64,000 nt of DNA from Octopus vulgaris (GCA_951406725.2 OX597833.1:67146001-67210000); one strand, 5' to 3'. Shown: positions 26,959-41,660, counted from the stretch's first letter. Program-made: numbers and translations. The notes: generated by a model from the sequence alone, not told the origin.

Positions 26959-27659
26959 CACAAGGCGATATTGAGTTGCGAACAATGTAAAAATCGTCAA
27001 TGTCTTCGAATTCGTTATATATTGCATACTCCCTCCCTTTCCTATTGTTATATTTTTTCTATTGACACAGATATTTTTATAGGTAATATTCTTTGTTTGC
27101 TAAGCGCGTTGTCAAAATAAAATACTAAATATCTAAGACGAATATATAAAAAAATGAAGATAGAATGCTGCCACAAAGAATAAAGTGAAAACACATATAC
27201 ATACATACAAGATATATATATATATATATTAGTAAATAAAGGCAAGGAACACGTTCATTGCATATTCAACGATATTTTATCGATTTTTCTATTTAGAACG
27301 AAAAAAAAAGAAACATGTCTCCCATATTTTGTCCGTGGCATTCGCGCCATGTTTGTGAGGTGCGTTGCTCATTTTTCTCTCTGCATGTCAGTTGAAGTTT
27401 CGTCGAGATTCTTGTACTATGCGCAAAAAATGTGTTATTTTCTTTAGTCTCTGAAGAAAATACCTTTCTTTTTGTTTTTTTTTTATCCCAAAATATCACA
27501 TGCTCTTATCATCCAACTCTCGTATATTTCCCACGTAGAAACACATCATATGAAATATATGACATGTAATGATATTCATACACGAATTTCAATACACGGA
27601 AGAAAAATATGAAAAAAATTTGTAGAAACATGATTACATGTATGTATGTATGTATGAAT

Positions 27660-27992
27660 TCGTTTACTTGTTTGAGTTATTTGACTGTGGCCAAGCTGGG
27701 GCGCCGCCTTTCGTCGAGCAAATTTACTCCAGGACTTATTCTTATTCAAGCCTAGTACTTATTCCTTTGGTCTCTTTTGCTGAACCGCTAGGTTACGGGG
27801 ATGTGAACACACCAGCATAGTGTGTCACGCGAGAGTGGGGGACAAACACAGAGACACAAGTAAAGCATACAAATCTGCACATATACATACATACATACAT
27901 ACATACGTGATGCCAACGTTCTAAATAGACAAAAATACCCTGTTGTTGATGAGGAAATTCCAATGAAGGAACCTATATACATGCATACATAC

Positions 27993-28046
<54 letters not shown>

Positions 28047-28271
28047 TCTTTTACTCTTTTACTTGTTTCAGTCATTTGACTGCGGCCATGGTGGAGCACC
28101 GCCTTTAATCGAGCAACTCGACCCCGAGACTTATTCTTATTATTTTGTAAGCCCAGTACTTATTCTATCGGTCTCTTTTGCCGAACCGCTAAGTAACGGG
28201 GACATAAACACACCAGCATCGGTTGTTAAGCAATGCTAGGGGGACAAACACACTCACACAAACACACACAC

Positions 28272-28272
<1 letters not shown>
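27660..28272 (-). mobile_element. Two SINE A 3' halves (27660-27875 and 28044-28272)
   Basis: Both stop at the internal microsatellite and lack the tRNA head. Confidence 0.85.
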
Positions 28273-28320
<48 letters not shown>

Positions 28321-28330
28321 CATACATACA

Positions 28331-28362
<32 letters not shown>

Positions 28363-28856
28363 GATAGATAGGAATTTGTATTTACCATTATTAGGTCAGT
28401 GCGGGATGTTCAAACGTGTTACTGATTCAGGACGGCAAGTACCGTTGTAAAACGATGGCTGACAATCAGCCATCGAATTTGTAGGCGATAAATTTATCCT
28501 TAAAATATAGATTTGCTTAAAAGAAATGGATGAAACAGACGTTTACAGCTAGCGTTGTTTTAGGTCTGACTACACATCAACAATCATAAACAAATCATTA
28601 CCAAATTATTATGTGGGTGTCTATATTTATATACATATATATTCATATTCATATATACGTAACTATATATACGAATAGATATATATTATATACACGCACG
28701 AGTGACAGAGGAGCACACACTCATACACATATAGAGGCATGCATATACATAAATCTATGTATTTTCATTATATATGAATATACACACATCTATATGCACG
28801 TATACATGAATATATATATATACATACAAACATTTATACACATGCATATATACCAC

Positions 28857-28896
<40 letters not shown>

Positions 28897-28913
28897 TAAT
28901 TATACACACACAT

Positions 28914-28983
<70 letters not shown>

Positions 28984-29231
28984 CTATATATCTATACACA
29001 CACACAAACTCACACAAAAACACACATATATATACACACTTATAGATGTAAACGCAAAATGATAATTGATTTTTAGTGTTTAACGGTAACAAGTGTGGTA
29101 ACCAGCAGGACAGATATTTTCGAACGAATACATTAACAATAGGTTGTGGTGGCGAGAGGCAAAAGATAAAGGAAATAGGTTATACCTCAATGGGTCTTAC
29201 TAACTTACTAATGGACTGGAAGAGAGACATT

Positions 29232-29298
<67 letters not shown>

Positions 29299-29493
29299 AA
29301 ACTTGTATATATATATATATATATATATGTACGTATGGATGGATGGATGTATGCATATATGTATGTATATGCATTTTACCTGTTTACGTACATCAGTATG
29401 TACATATGTATGTAGAGATATACGTTATCATAGAGGAGGAAATGTATCTATGTACCTACTTCGCAATCTATCTGTCCGTCTATACTTATGTAC

Positions 29494-29553
<60 letters not shown>

Positions 29554-29611
29554 ATATATATATACTCTCGTACACAAACACATACACTCATAGACTATAT
29601 GTGGATGTTCT

Positions 29612-29646
<35 letters not shown>

Positions 29647-29654
29647 TATGTGAA

Positions 29655-29887
29655 ATAGAAAGATGAATAATCTTGTAGTAGATTAATCAAAAGTTTAACC
29701 GATACCTTAGTAGCAAAAATCACAGCAGTAAACAGCACGGTTGGAGGTACAACCATATGGTGTTGCAACCGTGCGTTGGTGCGGATAATTGAAATTAAAA
29801 TATTATTGGTGAATTGAAGAAATGGAGCTGAACGCAGATTGAACAGAAATCGTTTTATTTCATTCTACACGTGTTTCGAAAGGCACC
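29655..29887 (-). mobile_element. Dispersed repeat family F with internal hairpin and hammerhead 3' half
   Basis: Inverted homolog at 55222-55355 and a weaker one at 62510-62640. Minus strand 29860-29880 reads C-GAAA-CACGUG-UA-GAAUG. The 3' end lies next to (TA)n. Confidence 0.7.
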
Positions 29888-29897
29888 AATAATATTT

Positions 29898-29940
<43 letters not shown>

Positions 29941-29945
29941 ACATA

Positions 29946-29979
<34 letters not shown>

Positions 29980-30278
29980 CATATATATATATACATATAT
30001 ATACACATACATATATATATGTATATGTATATATATATGTATTTATACAGATAATTGGCGACGAATAAATGGTTGCCATGTTATATTTTCAATTTCGCGC
30101 ATGCGCTTCGTTTGTTTTTGTTTTCGTGTTAATGTAGTGCCCTTGTGTATCTATGTACATATCTAATATTGTATGTATATGTGTTATTAATAATCCTGTA
30201 CAACCGATAATTTGCTTGCCACTCGTGACGGTATTTTAATAAAACCAACCCTGCATTTATTCATATATATATATATAT

Positions 30279-30674
30279 AGGCGCAGGAGTGGCTGCGTGG
30301 TAAGTAGCTTGCTAACCAACCACATGATTCCGGGTTCAGTCCCACTGCGTGGCATCTTGGGCAAGTGTCTTCTGCTATAGCCCCGGGCCGACCAATGCCT
30401 TGTGAGTGGATTTGGTAGACGGAAACTGAAAGAAGCCTGTCGTATATATGTATATATATATATATGTGTGTGTTTGTGTCTCTGTGTTTGTCCTCCTAGC
30501 ATTGCTTGACAACCGATGCTGGTGTGTTTACGTCACCTAGCGGTTCGGTAAAAAGAGACCGATAGAATAAGTACTGGGTTTACAAAGAATAAGTCCCGGG
30601 GTCGATTTGCTCGACTAAAGGCGGTGCTCCAGCATGGCCGCAATCAAAATGACTGAAACAAGTACAAAAAAAAA
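30279..30674 (+). mobile_element. SINE family A, full length
   Basis: AGGCGCAGGAGTGG...GACTGAAACAAGTA; flanked by (TA)n. Confidence 0.9.
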
Positions 30675-31128
30675 TATATATATATAGAGAGAGAGAGAGA
30701 AAAAGAGAGAGTGAGAGAGAGGGTGAGCGAGGTTATGAGATGTAATGGTGTCAATAAGACCCAAAGGTGTCAGGTGATGCTGAGTAAGTGCTATGGATTG
30801 ACCTTAGTTAAGCTGCAGGTTCCGTGATTATGCGAATAAGGAGTCCAACGTAGGTCATATATCAGCATGTGTATATATAAAATGACCTAAATAATACCCT
30901 CGATTCAATAGCGCTATGTACACACTCTATACTTGGAATAACCAAATTTAAATACTATTAGAATTTACTCACAAGGTATTGGAAATTTAAATGTATACAA
31001 TTCTGCCTAAATAATGGATCTACAAATACAAAATCCCTGCATCTCTCACATCTATTTTCATTCTTCCACTTCAGTCTCTATTTCGTATCTTATCTAAATA
31101 AACTATTGCTTAACCAGTTTCTCACACC

Positions 31129-31180
31129 GTCTCTGATGAAGGGATATAATCAATAAATATCCTGGAAACAGCTGTAAGAC
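31129..31180 (+). ncRNA. Type-I hammerhead ribozyme motif with intact core
   Basis: GUCU-CUGAUGA-A-GGGAUAU(N9)AUAUCCU-G-GAAA-CAGCUG-UA-AGAC: helix I GUCU/AGAC, 7-bp helix II, palindromic helix III ACAGCUGU and a GUA triplet. (TA)n starts ~65 nt downstream. Confidence 0.75.
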
Positions 31181-31247
31181 CTATTTATAAATGTTCTAAA
31201 ACCTTCACAGCCTTGGTTTTTTTATCTCATTCTGAAAAAAATTTATA

Positions 31248-31297
<50 letters not shown>

Positions 31298-32074
31298 CAT
31301 ACATAAACACATATCATTCTATATATCTATGTTTGAATATAAATGTGGAAATACACACACACAAACATGCACACATATGCACACACACACACGCACACAC
31401 ACACACTCACGTGTGCGCGCACTCACAGCAATGTACATATAGTGTGAAGAATGTGTGTCGTTAATGGCTATGGTGATTTCCTTTAAATTTGCAAAAGTGA
31501 ATAGATGATTGTGTGAAGAATTCCAATACATTCATATTTTTATTTCATCATTGTACGGAACACAATGCGATACCATGTTTGTATTTATATATGTGTATGC
31601 ATGTGTGTGTACATATATTGACTTACTCACTCACATACGCCGTGCATTCTTTATAAGTGAATCGAAACGTAACGTATGCTCGTGTCTATATGTTATCTTA
31701 CCATATTACTGCACATGTGTGCTCTGTTGTTGGTATATGTGTTGTCGGTTCATGGGCATTCTCCATTCAAGCGGATTTTCTATTTCGATAACAACTCACA
31801 TTCTCTTTAACAATTTTATCGCTCAATGTTGTTCCCGTTTGCTTGTTTGTTTATTTGAATTTCTTTCTTTGTTGGTGCCTCTACCAATATTCCATTACAA
31901 TTTAGTAGATTTACTTATTTAGTTTGTCATTATGTAAATATTTGAGAATAATATATATTTATTGGCGTTCGCTCGTATGTATTCATACGTCTATAGACTG
32001 TTCTCTCCTTCAATGTAACTCACACCCTGTATAATCACGTATATGATTATGTACAACAATATCTACACGTGAAC

Positions 32075-32135
32075 AAGGCGGCGAGCTGGCAGAAACGTTA
32101 GCACGCCGAGCGAAATGCTTAGCGGTATTTCGTCG
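32075..32135 (+). mobile_element. SINE B head fragment
   Basis: AAGGCGGCGAGCTGGCAGAAACGTTAGCACGCC...GCGGTATTTCGTC, then the match breaks off. Confidence 0.85.
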
Positions 32136-32355
32136 GTGTGTTAACATTTTATATACATATACATATGTGTGTGTATGTGGGTGTGTATGTATATATATAA
32201 CTATATATACATATATATATACGTAAATATAGATATATAGTTATATGTGTATATATACACATATATGTATACGTGTATATATATATATGTATAGACAGAA
32301 AGCACAAAGTGGTGTCCGCATTGCTAGAAAGACAAGTCAAAACGACTCATTATCC

Positions 32356-32404
<49 letters not shown>

Positions 32405-33559
32405 ATATATAGGTATAATTGTTCATATATATGTGTGTATGTATATGTATTTATGTATGTACATATATTTGTGTGTGCGTGTGTGTAATATATATATATG
32501 TGCATATGTATACATATATCTCTATATAAATATAAATATAAATATAAATACACACACACACACATATATGTATACATGTATGTATAGCATCTAATATTGT
32601 ATTGTAAGGATCAATGCTGAACACAGCATTTGTAAACGAGTATTTTTTCTCTGTGGGATAGCATGTTTCAAATGGTTTCATGTGAAGAGGAATATCTTAG
32701 AAATTTGTCAAGCATGCCACAACGGGACTTGACTCCCCCTTTTCAGTTTGAATCAATATATGTGTGTGACTGTGTGTCTGTGCGTGTGTGTATTGAGGAT
32801 TTGGGAGAGAGAGAGAGATAGTTGTTAAAGAGATAGGGGATGTATGAATCAATCGATGTGTAATCGAGTTTCAAGTACTATTCTCATGAGAACCATATTT
32901 GTGGTGAATAATAGAAAGCCAGATTGCGGACAGGGAGGGTAATAACAGCTACAGATTCTGAGAGATCTCTGTGTACCAGATGAATAGACTCAGCACACGC
33001 TAATGCCTACATATGTGTGTAATGTATTACTGAATTATTTGACGAAAATTCGAAATTGACAAAATTGCAATTCATGCTTCGCAAGTCATGCATCAGATTG
33101 TTTAGAGAGGGAGGATGAATTATGAAAGAAATATAGAGAGAAGCGTAAAATATGAGGTGCAGAATGCGTATAAATTCTATGCTTTTGGCGGGCAATGATA
33201 CATTTCTGAAAAATACACATTTTTTTGATGAAACTTTATCTCGATGTATTTTCGATAGAGTTGGTTATGCGATTATATTGATAAAATTTATAAAAATAGT
33301 TATAAATTTATTGCAAACATACAAATGAGAAATTTGTTATCATTAATTTTACTTTAGGCTAATAAATATTTTTTTTTTTCGAAAATTAGTATTCCGTTTA
33401 TCATTTTATATAAGCACTAAGAAATTTGATAAGACTTCCTTTGCATTTGATGTGTGTATGGCATATTTCCTGATGTTACACGAGAGTCAGCAAAAATATA
33501 CGTCTAAAGTTACCCGTCATAACACTCGTAACAGTTTAATATATATATATATATATATG

Positions 33560-33604
<45 letters not shown>

Positions 33605-33761
33605 CGAATGAGTGGAGAAACTAAAGTAAAATGCCCTCAACACATGTGGGGTGAACTACATATTTTTATTTAAAGCATTTTGATTCTGCTCCATGTGACT
33701 TAAATTTTTGCAGGTTTGCGTATGAAGCGTAGCTAGTTCAGGATAGTATATATATGTATAT

Positions 33762-33898
33762 ATGCTTGCTTTCCAACCACATGGTTCTGTGCTCAGTCCG
33801 ACAGCGTAGTATCATGGACAACTGTCTTCCATTATAGCCTCGGGCTGATCAAAGCCTTGCGAATGGATTTGGTAGGCAACAACGGAAAGACGTCTATC

Positions 33899-33900
<2 letters not shown>
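33762..33900 (+). mobile_element. SINE A 5' half, degenerate, running into (TA)n
   Basis: GCTTGCTTCCAACCACATGGTTC...ATAGCCTCGGGCTGA...GGATTTGGTAG. Confidence 0.75.
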
Positions 33901-33948
<48 letters not shown>

Positions 33949-33960
33949 AAAATAATTGCG

Positions 33961-34170
33961 CCCCTTTAAAGCCTAGCCAGGCTCATGGGCTCGGTTTCCC
34001 AGTTTCAATGGCGTACGTGTTCCCCAGCTGGACGGGACGCCAGTCCATCGCAGCGTTACTCATTTTTGCCAGCTGAGTGGACTGGAGCAACGTGAAATGA
34101 AGTGTTTTTCTCAAGAACACAATGCATCGCCCGGTCCAGGAATCGAAACCACAATCTTACAATCATGGTG
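33961..34170 (-). mobile_element. SINE group C (head1 + tail3 with V-domain-like segment)
   Basis: Same CORE-like body as the 14443 copy, then CTGCGATGGACTGGCGTCCCGTCCAG, which resembles the V-SINE central domain (from recall). Confidence 0.8.
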
Positions 34171-34739
34171 CTGATACTCTAAATGAAATCAGAATTTGGC
34201 GTCTCTTTGAAATTCATAAATGCCTCTTCGTAAAAGAGACCCCTCACTTCTATATATGTAACCTATATATATATATATATGTATGTGCGTGTGTTTGTAT
34301 ATATGCATATGTATGTATATTTACAGACACACATGCATATATATATATATATATATGTGTGTATATTTATATGTATACATGTATATGTATGTATGCATGT
34401 ATATATGTATATATATATGTGTGCGTATATATGTGCGTGTGTGTTTTAATGTGTATGTGCGTGCGCAGAATCTTCAGGTCCGCCACTTTCTCAGAATTGT
34501 CTGTTAGAAAACTAAAGAACCACATTATGAGCAGAAAGTTTGGTTTTGTAAGTTTTATTTTAATTCGAATGCACTGAGATATACTAATTACTTGAGGCAT
34601 AAACAAAGCAATAATAACATATTAATAGATTTATTTCCTCCATTTTAATCAGATATTTTATTTAAATGTTATCTTCGCATTCCACCTTCACTAGAAGAAG
34701 AACAAAATTACTCTATGTGCTCATATATGTTGGTTGGTT

Positions 34740-35068
34740 CCGCCGAGGTCGACTTTGCCTTTCATCCTTTCGGGGTCGACAAATAAAGCACCAGGCTCAC
34801 ACTGTGGTCGATGTAATCGACTTAATCCCTTTGTCTGTCCTTGTTTGTCCCCTCAGTGTTTAGCCCCTTGTGGGTAGTAAAGAAATAGGTATTTCGTCTA
34901 CCGCTACATTCTGAGTTCAAATTCCGCTGAGGTCGACTTTGCCATCCATCCTTTCGGGGTTGATAAATAAAGTACCATTTTCGCACTGGGGTCGATGTAA
35001 TCGACTTAATCCCTTTGTCTGTCTTTGTTTGTCCCCTCTATGTTTAGCCCCTTCTGAGCAATAAAGAA
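34740..35068 (+). mobile_element. SINE B tandem dimer, 5'-truncated
   Basis: Tail AAAGAAATAGG is joined to TATTTCGTCT at ~34889, where the second unit starts. Confidence 0.9.
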
Positions 35069-35233
35069 CTATATACGTAGGTTGGTTTAGCTTCACGGGT
35101 GCCATTGATTAGAAATAAGTGTTTCTGAGACATAGGGGAGTGTTTATGACATCGCTCCACCTTTGCTTTTATTTATTTATGTTGTGTGGACGCCCCCAGA
35201 CGATGAAGTAGGCTAGCCCAATACGTAGATATA

Positions 35234-35455
35234 TATTTTTTACTACCCACAAGGGGCTAAACATAGAGGGGACAAACAAGGACAGACAAACGGATTATAT
35301 CGACCCAGTGCGAAACTGGTACTTTATTTCACGACCTCGAGAGGATGAAAGGCAAATTCGACCTCGGCGGAATTTGAATTCAGAACGTAACGACAGACGA
35401 AATACCGCTAAGAATTTCGACCGGCGCGCAAACGTTTCTGCCAGCTCGCTGCCTC
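35234..35455 (-). mobile_element. SINE B, full length with imperfect 17-bp TSD
   Basis: CCCAATAC[GT/AC]AGATATA at 35217-35233 and 35456-35472. Confidence 0.88.
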
Positions 35456-36204
35456 CCCAATACACAGATATAGAGGGAGAGGCCTAGACGTCAAGAGGAG
35501 TAGAATAAAGTAGAGTAGCAGTCAAGGAGTAGACTAGAACACAGTTGAGAAGCGGTCAGGGTAGTAGAGAGTCGAGCAGAGTTGAGCAGAAGGCATTCGA
35601 ACGTGCGACATGACAATTTACAGTAGCGAAATGGTTTAAATGTTTAAATTCGAGATTGTATTGCGCCGTAGTGGATATACAAGGTGTACCAATATACCTC
35701 CCCATATTCGACATATTTGGTCCTGTAAAATACGAGCGCTCTTTCTGTTACATCCTGTAATATGATACCGATGTTAACTGTGAGAATGTCTCTTTTAGCA
35801 CTGACCTTGATTTCCAAATCAAGAACATGTATGTATTCATGCAATGAAATGAAGAAAAAGAACTTCCTGTTTCCTATTTTCTTCTTTACTATTTCGGTTT
35901 ATTTTTGAAATGCACTTTTTATAGCAAAGGATTTCATGTGCGACTGCGTTGAAACTAAAGCAATTACAGCATCGAAACACACACTAGTCACTCAAAAGCT
36001 CTCAAAAGCTGTTAACAAATTTTAAATATTTAGCATGTATACGTCAAATATTTCGTTTCTGGATCTGCACCCTGGTCACTGGTAGAGATCCACTGCAAAA
36101 TATATGTTTATACTTCATAAAATCATGTACGTCCATTCAATAGACGGGAGATAATTCCGATGCAATATGATAATACACTACTGAGATATATCTTTGAGCG
36201 ACTA

Positions 36205-37055
36205 GTTTCAGTCATTAGAACGCGGCCATTCTGGGGCACCAATTTGGAGGATATAGTCCAATAAATCTATCCAATATTCATATTCTAAAGCACGGTCCTT
36301 ATTTTCATTTGCTGAATCGCTAAGTGGGTGCCCACCCGACCATACTTGTAGTTGAGTAGGCCTAGCTTCTAGAAGCAGGCGCAACCACACTGGTCACGAA
36401 AAATGAGACTCCTCAGAGAGTTGTTTAGCAAACCCTATATATTTTCCAGGCGATTTCAACTGAATTAATTTTTTTCAATTAAAGAAATATGTATGTAAAT
36501 TAAAGAAATCTTAAGGTGTGAAGGACGGCCTTCATTTGAATGTGATGTGTTTCAAATTACGATCAATCTTACGAAAACCGTATTCATGCTACAATCAACA
36601 TCAGGCAAGCTACGTGAATGCGCATGCACACAAACACACACAGATACACACTCACACACATACACACACAGACATACAAGCACACACACACACACTCACT
36701 CCCATAATTATCTAATGTTTGGAATAACAGGCGTATGAGTGTGTTGAAGTGTTGAGAAGTGCACTGGTACATTTTGGGCTACCTGGTGTCATCCGCAGTC
36801 GGGATATATATATATGTGTGTGTGTGTACACCCCCATCACATATATACATGTGTGTGTGGCTGCGTGTGTGTGTGTGTGTACATAAATACGCGACTAAGT
36901 TCTTTCTCTTTCTTGCTACCAAATCCGCGAACAAACTTTTGGTCCTGGATCTATAGTAAAAGACACTTTCCTAAGGCGAGACACTGAGGGATTGAACCCA
37001 AGACTACGTGATTGGGATTGAAACTGCTTATCCTATAAACCACCGCTGAGCCTAT
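36205..37055 (-). mobile_element. Highly degenerate SINE A halves (36205-36330 tail; 36880-37055 head)
   Basis: TTTCAGTCATTAGAACGCGGCCAT... and CTACCAAATCC...GGGATTGAACCC...GAGCCT. Confidence 0.55.
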
Positions 37056-37241
37056 GTTGATTTTAAAGATAAATTGTTAATTGATTTCAATTATGGCCAA
37101 AACGCAATGTTGTGGAAACTACAGGGAAAAAGTTACTATCGAAAAAAGACAATGTCAAGAATAATGTTTATTTGATATTAAAATTAATTTCTTGTATTCA
37201 AACACACGTATTACAATATATACATATATATATACATATAG

Positions 37242-37280
<39 letters not shown>

Positions 37281-37344
37281 CATATACGTATATATGTTGT
37301 AATAATGGTTTATGTGCGTATATATGTATCATATAATGATAATG

Positions 37345-37375
<31 letters not shown>

Positions 37376-37575
37376 AATACTATATCATGTTATATCTATG
37401 ATATATATATATATCTACAGATATACATATTATATAATTATATGTTTGTGTATGTATACATGTTACATAATGAATCATGTATGTATATAAACATATATAC
37501 ATTGTATAATGATTTATGTGTATGTATATATTGTATAATGGTTTATTTGTATATATATATATGTGTTTGCGTGTG

Positions 37576-37639
<64 letters not shown>

Positions 37640-38974
37640 ACATTATACATGCACACTTGTTAAATTTCTTTAATAGATTTTTCCCCTCAAAATTGTAACA
37701 TAATCATAACAGTCAACTAATTAAATATTTATTCTGAAAGTTGAAGATTGTTATTTCTTTAACTACTGGTGATGATGATGATGATGGTGATGATGATGGT
37801 GATGATGAAGAGAATGAGGATGATGAAGTCGATGATGATGATGATAACAGCAACAATAGCACCAAACAAAATAATAGCAATATTAATGATGGTTGGAGTA
37901 ATAATAATGATTAATTTACATATAATAATCATTTTTATCTTACATTTCGAAATTTTTGCCTTTTTGTTTCAGGTTAATTCATACCTGATTAATTCTACAG
38001 TTTTCGGGATCGAGTGAAATATTGTTAAATAAACAGATTTTCTTGATTACCTTCCAGTAAGAATTAAAATATTTTAAAAATTAAAACAACAGAATGTCAT
38101 TAAGTGGTTATCTCTTTGCTTCCCAAAGAACTCTCTCTTCACGTAAATATTTATCCATTTGACTCATATTTATGTGTTTTGAGATATTTTTATATTAATG
38201 TATTTTAAAATATTCTTACATACAAATGACATTATAGCGTTTTCGTTTCTCTACAGTCATAATCCTTTGTTGATTCTTCTTTCTTTCCGATGGTTAATGT
38301 TTGAAGAATTTATCACGAAGTGTGTTAGAATTTCAGGCATTTACTACTTTGTATTTACTCAGGCTTTCCTTAATTCCTTCCTCTTATTGCTATTCCATTC
38401 ATTATTGCTAAACAGCAACGTGACTTAACTGCTTCTACTCGCCCCCACCTCTCCTAGTCTCCTTGTAAAATTGCACATAGAGAGATAAATGTGATTTGCA
38501 TTATTTTAAAGTGCATCTGCTAGTGAGTCCTACATTCAGAGTTCTAAGAATTTGAAGAGTGTGGGAATTGTTCTTAGACACTATTATTTTCAGCTTTACA
38601 CTCCCAGGGTCACAGTTATGCATTAATTAATGTCACACAATGGGAACCCGAAGAATGTCGCTCACAGTCACCCGCCCAGGGTCGTAGAGCAGATGAGGCC
38701 CATTAGCTTTTTAGCTGATAAACAAAAGGAAAAATGGTAACTGCATACAAAGCCTGAATGCTGATATCTAGTGGGTTCCTGGCACTGGTTTGCCCTGACC
38801 AATACAAGAGTGAAAGAAGAAGAAACTGAGAATGACTCTGCAAAAACTGTCGCCACTTTAATGATATCCATTGTCGTCCAAGACGTTCAATTAACCAAGA
38901 CGCCATTTACAACGCCACCAGACTCCGTTTCGGAATACCAGGAGTAATATTGAGTATGGCGTTAACTGTTACGA

Positions 38975-39157
38975 TGGTAATTTTTTTCCCTCTGTCTTCC
39001 CTTCTCTGGATCTTTCCTTCTCCTATGTTTCCGACGAAGAGCTCCGCTCGAAACGTTAGAACCTCCTTCTTTCCTTTTTTCCTGAGCGTCCAATAATACT
39101 ATATTTGTTCCACGTCCTCGCGTTGTTGTGTTTTTTTGTGCTTTCATGTTTGGATTA

Positions 39158-39161
<4 letters not shown>
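38975..39161 (+). mobile_element. Short hammerhead-bearing repeat D2, 3' end at (TA)n
   Basis: Homolog of 13107-13312; shares CCTGAGCG and downstream motifs with D1. Confidence 0.75.
39027..39062 (+). ncRNA. Minimal hammerhead-like motif, CCGACGA core variant
   Basis: GUUU-CCGACGA-A-GAGC(UCC)GCUC-GAAAC-GUU-AGAAC. Confidence 0.55.
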
Positions 39162-39209
<48 letters not shown>

Positions 39210-39210
39210 T

Positions 39211-39487
<277 letters not shown>

Positions 39488-39627
39488 ACGATAAAAAACA
39501 TGGCTGTGTAGATATTGGAGCATTTATAGATAGAAGGTCTTACAGCTTTTTCTAGAATATTTATTAATAATATCCCTTCGTCGGAGACGTCAACTTCTAG
39601 CTATGTATACACACACACACACAGACA

Positions 39628-39669
<42 letters not shown>

Positions 39670-40308
39670 CATACATATATATGTGTGTGCATGTGTATAG
39701 GTATATATGTATACACATGGTGATCTTCAGCAGTGTTTTTTTTTCTTTTCTACCAAATTTCCAGAAATCAATTATTTTACACCACATCTAAGTTAAGACA
39801 CTTGCCTAAGGTGCGACGCATACACCATATACACAAGAATTCTTTTTTTATGTTGGGTAAAAGTTCAACCCGCAAATCATCTTGTTGTCGTAGTCTCTTC
39901 TAAAGTGCAGAGCCATGCTAGACACAATATCCAGGCCATTGCGATATTGCGTACATTACGGAAAAAGGCTTCTGTCCAAATGTAGACGCTGTACGTTTGT
40001 ATTTCTTGTAAGGAATAATTCGAGCAGAAATGAAATTGTGCATTGCACACATTTCAATTATTTCCTTGTGTGATTGTCTCAGTAACTAGCGACATAAATA
40101 TCGAATTTTAAATTAATAAACTTGTCATTCCTGATTATATGAATAAATTATTGAGTTTCGACTTCATTGAATTGATTCGATTTTCATAGTGATTATATAT
40201 ATATATATATAAGTGTGTATATATAAGTGAGTGTGTGTGTATGGGTGAGTATACATACATACGTAGATACATAGGTTCGTTTACGCAAACACACATATTT
40301 GTGTGTAC

Positions 40309-40356
<48 letters not shown>

Positions 40357-40598
40357 CTGTATATGTGTGTGTCTATGCTTATGTGTTTGTGAATGAGTGA
40401 GTGTGTGTGTATGTATGTATGTGTGTTTGTGTGAGTTTTATTGGAAGTGAACTGTTTGTTCTGACCGCGATTTGAATGGCGAACTCGATGTCTTTGACCT
40501 GCGGTCATGAATGTATACCAAAGACTGTGATTGCAGATGTGCGTGTAAAAGTCTCTGTCTAGGAAGTCACAAGGTGCTTACTATAGTATTGAAGATTA

Positions 40599-40799
40599 TA
40601 CTCTTTTCTCTTTTACTTGTTTCAGTCATTCGACTGCGGCCATGCTGGAGCACCGCCTTTAGTCGAGCAAATCGACCCCGGGGACTTATTCTTTGTAAGC
40701 CCAGTACTTATTCAATCGGTCTCTTTTGCCGAACCGCTAAATGACGGGGACGTAAACACACCAGCATCGGTTGTCAAGCAATGCTAGGGGGACAAACAC

Positions 40800-40832
<33 letters not shown>

Positions 40833-41001
40833 CATATATACGACAGGCTTCTTTCAGTTTCCGTCTACCAAATCCACTCACTAGGCATTGGTCGGCCCGG
40901 GGCTATAGCTGAATACACTTGCCCAAGATGCCACGCAGTGGGACTGAACCTGGAACCATGTGGTTGGTTAGCAAGCTACTTACCACACAGCCGCTCCTGC
41001 G

Positions 41002-41004
<3 letters not shown>
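40599..41004 (-). mobile_element. SINE family A, full length
   Basis: Collinear with the 7-426 copy; the head abuts a (TA)/(CA) tract. Confidence 0.9.
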
Positions 41005-41047
<43 letters not shown>

Positions 41048-41103
41048 ATACATACGTATATATATGTGTGTATATATATATGTGCATATATATGTATATA
41101 TAT

Positions 41104-41188
<85 letters not shown>

Positions 41189-41189
41189 C

Positions 41190-41240
<51 letters not shown>

Positions 41241-41504
41241 GATACATATGATGCAATTGGTCATATTGGAGAGGGCAAACGAGAAGGCAATATAGGAATG
41301 AGGAGGGTAAACTTTTATGAACAACAAAACCTTAACACTTACATTAGTATTTGCAAACCTGTCTGTCTGTCTGTCCGCTGGAGCACTTGAACCTTTGATC
41401 ATACAGGTGGGAAAGTAAGCCTGTTAACCACACTGCCATGCCTGCGCCTATATACACACATAGGTATAGAAGAAACAGCTAATTCAGAATATACGAAAAG
41501 AGAA

Positions 41505-41660
41505 TTATTCTTTTCTACTCTAGGCACAAGGCCCGAAATTTTAGGGGGCGGGCCAGTCGATTAGATCGGCCCCAGGACGGAACTGGTACGCAATTTATCA
41601 ATCCCGAAAGGATGAAAGCATTTGGTCCGCCGTGCTAACATTTCCTCGAATTCACCGCCT
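41505..41660 (-). mobile_element. SINE B variant (GCCTTGTGCCTAGAGTAGAAAAGAAT tail), internally deleted
   Basis: GTCGATTAGATCGGCCCC...CCCGAAAGGATGAA...CGTGCTAAC. Confidence 0.7.

Noticed and set aside
28454-28476. 10-bp hairpin CGATGGCTGA-CAA-TCAGCCATCG
   Set aside because: Isolated short palindrome with no supporting context.
38640-38960. GC-richer, coding-looking segment
   Set aside because: Stops interrupt the frames I read and I recognise no domain; possibly an old transposon relic.
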